Virus record (IMG/VR): IMGVR_UViG_3300006903_000002
Coordinates: 1,494-65,493 of that record
Strand: one strand, 5' to 3'
From: a virus
Lineage: Duplodnaviria > Caudoviricetes
Length of the DNA stretch: 64,000 nucleotides
In this document: positions 20,045-25,979 of the stretch, in pieces
Layout: each line of letters opens with the position of its first letter
How positions within the stretch are numbered: position 1 is the first letter of the stretch
The notes under the pieces: generated by a model
What the model was told of the DNA's origin: nothing
Database searches by the model: none
The model's input: the letters and a program-made list of their open reading frames with translations, nothing else
Made by a program: the position numbers and the translations under genes

Positions 20045-20479
20045 GTGCGATGCGTGATAGACTCATTCAAGGGTGAACATGCGTTCCTCTCCAATTTTTA
20101 TCCAACTAAAATTGTTGTTGACGGTATTGTGTATCGTTCTGTTGAACATGCCTATCAAGCTGCTAAAACAACTGACGAGAAGGTTAAAAGGGTCATTCGT
20201 GCGAAGCCTTATGCAAGCGAAGCGAAGAGACTTGGCGATACCGTTCAGAAGCGCGAGGATTGGGACAATATCAAGATTGGAGTGATGAAGGAATTGCTTG
20301 ATTTGAAGTTCGCAGAGGGCACAGAGCTTGCAGAGCAACTTCTTTCGACCGGAGATGAGGAACTTGCTGAGGGAAATTGGTGGGGAGACACTTTTTGGGG
20401 AGTCTGCAAAGGGAAGGGTGAAAACCACCTTGGCAAACTTCTAATGGACCGCAGGAAGGTTCTAAAGAGTCGGCAATAG
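20045..20479 (+). CDS. NADAR family (YbiA/DUF1768) ADP-ribosyl/N-glycosidase
   Basis: FLSNFYP, SVEHAYQAAK, LLSTGDEELAEGNWWGDTFWG, GENHLGKLLM. Confidence 0.95.
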   Translation: MRCVIDSFKGEHAFLSNFYPTKIVVDGIVYRSVEHAYQAAKTTDEKVKRVIRAKPYASEAKRLGDTVQKREDWDNIKIGVMKELLDLKFAEGTELAEQLLSTGDEELAEGNWWGDTFWGVCKGKGENHLGKLLMDRRKVLKSRQ

Positions 20480-20886
20480 GCTGAGGCTCAGACTCAAGCT
20501 CAGACAGTAGGAGTCGTTACCTGCTGATGAGGCTTAGGTTTTTGCCGAAGGCTTAACACACAAGGGCAGCAAATTTGGGATGATTTTAGATTAAATCGTG
20601 CGCGCGGGTTCAAATCCTGCACCCGGCTCCACATTCGAGCGTTAGCTGTTGAGACGTTAAACAGCTTGGCGGACGCAGCGGACAGCAATATTCGCTACCC
20701 TCCCGGCTAACAGGTTCTCCGTTAATGAACCTGAGTTTGCCGAGTTAGCTCAGTGGTAGAGCAGCGACTTTAAGTTCAACTCAAAATCATGCTTCGATTT
20801 GCTTGGAAGTTGTGTGGAAACGGGGCAATAGGTTGTGAATTTATACTTCACAGAAACGTGGCAAACTCGTCAACCTATTGCCCTTT
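20480..20886 (+). ncRNA. circularly permuted tRNA-like ncRNA (Thr-like acceptor, anticodon loop replaced by long stem)
   Basis: 3' half (GCGGG TTCAAAT CCTGC ACCCGGC T CCA, 20604-20631) precedes 5' half (GCCGAGT TA GCTC AGTGGTA GAGC A GCGA, 20739-20767); the flanks pair with each other. Confidence 0.75.
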
Positions 20887-20891
20887 AATAT

Positions 20892-21254
20892 ATGGTTCAA
20901 ACTCCTAGGAGAATAATTGTGGGCGTTAGGCGTGTGATTAATGGCACCCCGCAATTCGACAAAGTCTCTTTATGTGAGAGTTGTAGGAACAGTCAGCGAC
21001 TGAAAGGCGAGCGTTATGAGCATGACATCGTTCATTGTCACGCACTGGACAAACGCATTACATTTAAGGTGATTGAGTGCGACCGTTACGACGATGCAAA
21101 TCATCCAAGTTTGTTTGAGATGAGACTGATTGCGTGGAGGTTTGCGAGCGATTTGAAGGGCAATCCAATCGGTTTCAAAAACCCAAAACAGTTTGCAGAT
21201 TTGAAAAGGGCAGGAAAGGTGGAGGAAAAAGAGGGGGATAATGATGATTACTAG
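20892..21254 (+). CDS. Cys-containing hypothetical protein
   Basis: CESC...HC...EC. Confidence 0.6.
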   Translation: MVQTPRRIIVGVRRVINGTPQFDKVSLCESCRNSQRLKGERYEHDIVHCHALDKRITFKVIECDRYDDANHPSLFEMRLIAWRFASDLKGNPIGFKNPKQFADLKRAGKVEEKEGDNDDY

Positions 21255-21709
21255 AACGTTGACGAAGGTTGAAGTGGTTCCATTGTTGAAGTTCCTTGCA
21301 GAGGCAGGGAAAGAGTCAATAGATGATGTTGACAATGTAGGTGAGTTGCAGGCATTCATGAACGCTTGTATAGAAGGGGTAGAGAAATTGAATATTGTGG
21401 AAGTGGACTTGAATGATGTGCGGAAAGGGATGAAACTGTGAGGCAATTCATTTCCCTCATAATCGCAGGAATCCTCTCCATCCTATTGTTTAGTGCGGTT
21501 GTAAGTGGGCAGGAGAAGCAGCAGGAGAGTGTGAAGAGTTGGACGATTGAGCGATGGACTCCAATCGTCGGCACAGAATTACGCGCGTTTTCAGCTTGAA
21601 AGGTGTGTGCGCATATATTGTGACCACGAGGAGTGTCGATGGAGTTTCATCGTCTGTTGCAGTTGTGAGTAAGTCATATTACCCGCTAATGAAAGATGGA
21701 TGTCAATAA

Positions 21710-22429
21710 ATGACCGATATAACATTCTTGTTAGACAGAAGTGGCTCGATGCAATCCGTCAAAAGTGCGACGATTGAGAGTGTGAACAAGTTCATCGAAG
21801 ACCAACAGAAGGTGGAGGAGGGAGCGACTTTCCAACTCATTCAATTCGACGACCAATATGAACCGCAGGACGCTACCGATTTGAAGGATGCGAAGTTGTT
21901 GGATGGCACTTCATATTTGCCGAGGGGGATGACGGCGTATTTGGATGCTCTCGGTAAGACGATTGCAAACGTGAGGCAGCGGCAGGTTGATGCTCCTTCC
22001 GACAAGGTAATCATTGTGGTTATGACTGATGGTCTTGAGAATGCCTCAAAAGAGTTCAAGCGTGCGGACGTGAAGGAGTCAATTGAGAATATGCAGAACC
22101 TCTTCCAATGGACTTTCATCTTTTTGGGAGCGAACATGGATGCCGTTACGGAGGCAGCGACGATGGGAATTCCAATGACCACATCCATTTCGTATGCGGC
22201 CACGGCGGGAGGGACAGCCTCAGCCACAAGCTCAACATCAAATTTGGTCGCACAGTTACGTTCAACAGGCACGACCGAAGGCTACACGAATGTGATGCGG
22301 AATGAGGCTCTTGGCAAGGAAGCGTGGAGCAATCTTGGGGACAACAATACGTCAACACAAGCCAACGTGCTGACTCCCGAAGAGTTTGCAAAATTGGTGC
22401 AAAATAATGCTAATTCCGGCAAACCCTAG
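21710..22429 (+). CDS. von Willebrand factor A domain protein
   Basis: MIDAS DRSGSM, PRGMTA, TDGLENAS, FLGAN. Confidence 0.92.
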   Translation: MTDITFLLDRSGSMQSVKSATIESVNKFIEDQQKVEEGATFQLIQFDDQYEPQDATDLKDAKLLDGTSYLPRGMTAYLDALGKTIANVRQRQVDAPSDKVIIVVMTDGLENASKEFKRADVKESIENMQNLFQWTFIFLGANMDAVTEAATMGIPMTTSISYAATAGGTASATSSTSNLVAQLRSTGTTEGYTNVMRNEALGKEAWSNLGDNNTSTQANVLTPEEFAKLVQNNANSGKP

Positions 22430-22751
22430 GCAGTTGGCACAGGACTTGCTTCCTCGCAGTCTATGTAATGTGCAAATGACCGCAGTCATTTCCGACAAAC
22501 ACGGGATATTTTCTTGGGGGTGGAATTCCTCGGGTAATGGCGATGGCCTTCATGCGGAGGCCCATGCTATTAGCCGCGCCAACAGGCGACGGCTGAAGGG
22601 GGCGACGATTACCATTGCGGGGGTGAGAAAGGGCCGTGGGAAGGTCATTAGCGCCCCCTGCATGGTATGTTTAGCAATCATCTCTGCCTGTGGGATTAAG
22701 AGTATTGAGTTCCACGATAAGGATGGAATGTGGCACAAATTCAGCAGGTAG
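22407..22751 (+). CDS. zinc-dependent cytidine/dCMP deaminase-fold protein
   Basis: HAE...PCMVC. Confidence 0.85.
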   Translation: MLIPANPRQLAQDLLPRSLCNVQMTAVISDKHGIFSWGWNSSGNGDGLHAEAHAISRANRRRLKGATITIAGVRKGRGKVISAPCMVCLAIISACGIKSIEFHDKDGMWHKFSR

Positions 22752-22781
22752 TTGACAAATACCCTCAAATTGTGTCATAAT
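22752..22781 (+). promoter_or_regulatory. sigma70-type promoter of the main tRNA cluster
   Basis: TTGACA-N18-CATAAT, 10 nt before tRNA-Asn. Confidence 0.7.
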
Positions 22782-22791
22782 GGATGAACAT

Positions 22792-22866
22792 TCTAGCGGG
22801 ACGACCATTGGTGGCCGTGAGCGGCTGTTAACCGCTATGTTATTGGTTCGATTCCAATCGCTAGAG
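22792..22866 (+). tRNA. tRNA-Asn(GTT), CCA not encoded
   Basis: TCTAGCG/CGCTAGA-G; AGCGG CT-GTT-AA CCGCT. Confidence 0.88.
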
Positions 22867-22870
22867 CTTC

Positions 22871-23029
22871 GTGCCGGTCCAAAAGTGTAGCAAAATCGTT
22901 ACTGCGGCCTAGACGCCCCCGCAAGGTTTGACTCCTGTGGGTCGGCAGAGCCAAAGTTAAGCTACCACCTAGCTGTAGGGTTGATAGGAGCTTCAATGGT
23001 AACGAATTGAAGCAACATACAGTCGGCAC
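22871..23029 (+). ncRNA. unidentified structured RNA within the tRNA cluster
   Basis: GTGCCGG/TCGGCAC closing stem, T-loop-like hairpin, several internal stems, no plus-strand ORF. Confidence 0.5.
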
Positions 23030-23040
23030 AAAAAATTTGT

Positions 23041-23114
23041 CCTCTCGTAGCGAAATGGCATAGCATCGGTCTTAGAAACCGAGTTTCCTAGTTCGAATCT
23101 AGGCGAGAGGACCA
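23041..23114 (+). tRNA. tRNA-Leu(TAG), short variable region
   Basis: CCTCTCG/CGAGAGG-A-CCA; TCGGT CT-TAG-AA ACCGA; variable GTTT. Confidence 0.88.
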
Positions 23115-23123
23115 ACAAAATTT

Positions 23124-23202
23124 GCATCAGTAGCAAAGCTAGGCTAATGCACCTGACTCTTAATCAGGAGATGCACAGGTTCAATTCCTGTCTGATGCAC
23201 CA
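23124..23202 (+). tRNA. tRNA-Lys(CTT)
   Basis: GCATCAG/CTGATGC-A-CCA; CCTGA CT-CTT-AA TCAGG. Confidence 0.92.
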
Positions 23203-23276
23203 TCGCCCACAAATCCATGCGAGCGCGGCATGGAGAATACCATCCTCGGTGGCCCGAGGTAGGAGGGCGCTTTTAC

Positions 23277-23354
23277 TGCGGGAGAGTGGAACGGAAAACC
23301 ATTCGAGCCTCATAAGCTCTGAGATAGTGGGTTCGACTCCCATTCCCGCCACCA
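23277..23354 (+). tRNA. tRNA-Met(CAT), 1:72 mismatch as in initiator tRNA
   Basis: TGCGGGA/TCCCGCC-A-CCA; CT-CAT-AA loop; lacks the three G-C pairs of the initiator anticodon stem. Confidence 0.85.
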
Positions 23355-23437
23355 AACAACCAGAAGGAGTATATAATCATGTTTGATTCAACGGTCGCTA
23401 TTTTGGATTTCTTCACAATCGTTTTATTCATGTTTTT

Positions 23438-23514
23438 GGGGCAATAGTAGAAGCAGCTAATACATTCGACTCTCAATCGAAAGATTCCGAGTGCGAGTCT
23501 CGGTTGCCCCACCA
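23438..23514 (+). tRNA. tRNA-Glu(CTC)
   Basis: GGGGCAA/TTGCCCC-A-CCA; TTCGA CT-CTC-AA TCGAA. Confidence 0.85.
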
Positions 23515-23528
23515 AACGACCACAAGAT

Positions 23529-23885
23529 ATGACAAAAAAGAAGTTGTTCAGTGTCACCCTAAAAGACTGCAAGGTTGAGACATTTACGGTTGGCGGACAC
23601 GGCGGAAGTGGGAAGGACACTTCCAACACAGGCGTGCGTATCTCTCATGTGCCGAGCGGCGCAGTAGGCACTGCCTCAGACACACGTTCTCAACTTCATA
23701 ATAAGCGTCTTGCATTCCGTAGGATGGGACAAAGTAAGGCGTTTCGTGCGTGGGTTATAGTTGTGGCAGGAGAGTTGCAAACAGGCAAGAGTATCGAACA
23801 GCGTGTAGAGGAAGAGATGCATCCCTCTAAGCTGAAGATTGAGATTAGGAAGGACGATAAATGGATTTGTGCTCCTGTGGACTGA
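23529..23885 (+). CDS. RF-1 domain (ArfB/release-factor-like) protein with GGS in place of GGQ
   Basis: ETFTVGGHGGSGKDTSNTGVRISHVPSG...RSQLHNKRLAF aligns to SGPGGQxVNKxxSAVR.H...RSQ.NK. Confidence 0.8.
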   Translation: MTKKKLFSVTLKDCKVETFTVGGHGGSGKDTSNTGVRISHVPSGAVGTASDTRSQLHNKRLAFRRMGQSKAFRAWVIVVAGELQTGKSIEQRVEEEMHPSKLKIEIRKDDKWICAPVD

Positions 23886-23947
23886 ATAGAACAGGCGCGG
23901 GATTCCTAATCCCGTTTATGCAGGTGCAACTCCTGTCAGGAGTACCA
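23871..23947 (+). tRNA. tRNA-Arg(CCT)
   Basis: GCTCCTG/CAGGAGT-A-CCA; CGGGA TT-CCT-AA TCCCG. Confidence 0.88.
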
Positions 23948-23969
23948 AACAAACAGTGAAAGGCATTTT

Positions 23970-24182
23970 ATGGGCAATTGGAATATATCAATTGAGGGGA
24001 TTGGCGCACACCACAACAAGGACAATCCGCAGGACGCCAACAGGATGGCTCAGGCATTCGTAGGTGCGCTCAAACGTGCGGGGCACAACGTCACGAAGGC
24101 GTCCTTCACCTATGGTGCAGTAGAAATACTTCGTGGAGATATTGAGCCGCAGGGTGTTCAAGTCGAGAATGTGCAGGCGTAG
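23970..24182 (+). CDS. hypothetical protein; stop codon inside tRNA-Val
   Basis: MGNWNISIEGIGAHHN...DAN...FV..LK..GH.V..A.FT. Confidence 0.7.
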   Translation: MGNWNISIEGIGAHHNKDNPQDANRMAQAFVGALKRAGHNVTKASFTYGAVEILRGDIEPQGVQVENVQA

Positions 24183-24246
24183 CAAAATGGTTATGCAGCA
24201 GGTCTACACCCTGCTAATGGAAGTTCAATTCTTTCCGCCTGCACCA
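24173..24246 (+). tRNA. tRNA-Val(TAC), C33
   Basis: GCAGGCG/CGCCTGC-A-CCA; GCAGG TC-TAC-AC CCTGC. Confidence 0.85.
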
Positions 24247-24360
24247 AAGTGGTATGAAGATAAACTCGCCAAAAAGCAACTGGAAGAGTTTTTGAGTGGT
24301 TCTAGAAGGTTTTGGCTTGAGATTACTTCTATTGAGTTTATGAAATGAAACGTAAATTGT

Positions 24361-24435
24361 TGAAGGGTAATTCAACAGTAGAATCCTCGACTGATAATCG
24401 AGTTGTCGAAGGTGCGACTCCTTCCCCTTCAACCA
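24361..24435 (+). tRNA. tRNA-Ile(GAT)
   Basis: TGAAGGG/CCCTTCA-A-CCA; CTCGA CT-GAT-AA TCGAG. Confidence 0.9.
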
Positions 24436-24704
24436 AAAAACAATACATTACCATTGAGCGCCCATGTTACTACTGCAATGGAGGTGCAATTAAGCCTTGC
24501 TTCTGCAATGGCACCCTCAAGTTGCGTCATAAAGAGCAATTACTTTTGTGCCTTGGCGGTCAATATAATGGACAGTATAGGAATGAAACGTTCTTAGTTG
24601 ACAGAAAGCAGAAGTATAAGCGATTCAACAACTCCTACAAAGGACGTAGGAAGGGTGATAAGGAGCACTTTAGTAGTATTTGGGTGCATGAAACGCTTTT
24701 GAGT

Positions 24705-24782
24705 GGCCCTATAGCATAAATGGCAAGTGCGGGAGGCTCTGACCCTCCGACTGTTGTGGTTCGAATCCATGTAGGGTCGCCA
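24705..24782 (+). tRNA. tRNA-Gln(CTG)
   Basis: GGCCCTA/TAGGGTC-G-CCA; GGAGG CT-CTG-AC CCTCC. Confidence 0.88.
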
Positions 24783-24787
24783 ATTTT

Positions 24788-24860
24788 GCCCCGCCCTCTG
24801 AATGAGGCGTTTTCGCTACGACCGAAGATGAGACGGGTTTAATTCCTGTGCGGGGTTCCA
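24788..24860 (+). tRNA. tRNA-Arg(ACG)
   Basis: GCCCCGC/GCGGGGT-T-CCA; TTTCG CT-ACG-AC CGAAG; atypical D arm and T loop TTTAATT. Confidence 0.75.
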
Positions 24861-25291
24861 ACAACACTAAAGATTGAGGTAATGAGATGGGATTGAAATT
24901 TGCATTATACGTAGCAGCAGTCGTGTTATTCGTGTTGGCTGCTGTTCCGACCGGATGGCGTGTGCAATGTCAATGGCTTGCAGCCGCTTGTTTGACGACA
25001 GCAATTTTCCTAGTGTAATATGGTAATTCGTAGGAAGCTTCAGAAGGGAATGCCCATCCCGCAGGAGGGAACCTTCGTAATGGTCCCCCTCAAAAAAGGG
25101 ATGCAAGTCTTCGAAGTATTCGGCGTGTTTGAAGTGATGGGCGTGAATGAGAACGAATTGTGGATGGACCTTCTCTACTACGAAAAACATCCTGAGGAGA
25201 TGACAAAGCATTAAGATGTTTGATTGGGGCACAGCTTTTGCCTACATGCTTGGCGCGTTAGTGTTCCTCTTGTGGTTGTATTTGGTTTTGC

Positions 25292-25366
25292 GCACTTAGA
25301 GTGTGACGGTTCGCACGCTACCCTGTCACGGTAGTAGAACGAGTTCGACTCTCGTTAGGTGCGCCA
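25292..25366 (+). tRNA. tRNA-Asp(GTC)
   Basis: GCACTTA/TAGGTGC-G-CCA; CTACC CT-GTC-AC GGTAG. Confidence 0.9.
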
Positions 25367-25396
25367 CACAACAATTTGACGTAGCGTCTAAAGAGT

Positions 25397-25473
25397 TTGG
25401 CCGAACGCAAACCAGTGAGCGCGCGCCCTGTGAAGGCGATGACTAGGGAGTGCAACTCTCCTCGGCCAACCCA
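25397..25473 (+). tRNA. tRNA-His(GTG), G-1 not encoded
   Basis: TTGGCCG/CGGCCAA-C-CCA; CT-GTG-AA loop; C73. Confidence 0.85.
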
Positions 25474-25480
25474 ACTAGAT

Positions 25481-25612
25481 ATGACAATGACACCATTATG
25501 TAGAAAACATCCGAAATACAAAGCCATTAAAAAGCCACAATCTTTGTGTGAGAATTGTTGGTTTGCGTGGATTTGTATTGAGTATTTGAGTGGTCGAAGA
25601 ACGCTTTCCTAA
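25481..25612 (+). CDS. small CxxHPKY...CxxCW zinc-finger-like protein
   Basis: CRKHPKYKAIKKPQSLCENCW; paralog at 30825. Confidence 0.65.
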   Translation: MTMTPLCRKHPKYKAIKKPQSLCENCWFAWICIEYLSGRRTLS

Positions 25613-25700
25613 CCCGGTGGGCCAGTGTCCTAAGCCGCCTTATAAGCGGACGCGCCGGATGAGCGCCTAGAGCCTCGGGCAGCACGAGGGGGTTAGACCA
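25609..25700 (+). tRNA. tRNA-Ile(TAT) with long variable arm
   Basis: CTAACCC/GGGTTAG-A-CCA; CCGC CT-TAT-AA GCGG; about 22 nt variable arm; CCTCG GGCAGCA CGAGG. Confidence 0.75.
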
Positions 25701-25712
25701 CAAACGACTAAT

Positions 25713-25788
25713 AGGGCGATGGTGTTTAACAGCAGCATTCTTGTCTCCAAAACTCGCGGTGTAGGTGCAATTCCTACTCGCCCTGCCA
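25713..25788 (+). tRNA. tRNA-Trp(CCA)
   Basis: AGGGCGA/TCGCCCT-G-CCA; CT-CCA-AA loop; two mismatches in the anticodon stem. Confidence 0.82.
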
Positions 25789-25861
25789 CACAGTAGGAGA
25801 AGAGTTCATCTAACGGTCTGCAAAACCGTGTATGAGGGTGCAAATCCCTCCTGTGTGTCCA
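25787..25861 (+). tRNA. tRNA-Cys(GCA)
   Basis: CACACAG/CTGTGTG-T-CCA; ACGGT CT-GCA-AA ACCGT; U73. Confidence 0.88.
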
Positions 25862-25886
25862 ATCGTCCAAAAGATTCGGACAAAAT

Positions 25887-25958
25887 CCTGAAGTAGCTGA
25901 AATAGAGTAGCACTCGCCTGAAAAGCGAGGAATGAAGATGCTCGCATCTTCAGGGCCA
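25887..25958 (+). tRNA. tRNA-Phe(GAA) with aberrant T arm (possible pseudo-tRNA)
   Basis: CCTGAAG/CTTCAGG-G-CCA; CTCGC CT-GAA-AA GCGAG; T arm replaced by TGAAGATGC-tc-GCATCTTCA. Confidence 0.6.
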
Positions 25959-25965
25959 AAAAACA

Positions 25966-25974
25966 TGCTATAAT
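25966..25974 (+). promoter_or_regulatory. extended -10 promoter, leaderless, for DNA polymerase
   Basis: TGc-TATAAT-N5-ATG. Confidence 0.55.
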
Positions 25975-25979
25975 TAGGA

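Noticed and set aside
20480-20910. Canonical permuted tmRNA
   Set aside because: No G3:U70 or A73, a real D stem is present, and the only tag-like frame (ANSSTYCPLIYGSNS) lacks an ALAA-type end; kept as a distinct RNA
21710-22429. Ro60/TROVE partner for a Y RNA
   Set aside because: Stand-alone 239-aa vWA domain without the TROVE helical ring
22867-22975. HDV-like theta ribozyme after the CCA-less tRNA-Asn
   Set aside because: I could not build the nested double pseudoknot, and the candidate J4/2 (GTTAA) lacks the catalytic C
24173-24246. Amber suppressor tRNA (CTA) and a recoded genome
   Set aside because: The 7-nt loop TCTACAC centres on TAC with Val-like A35, C36 and A73; long genes have no in-frame TAG
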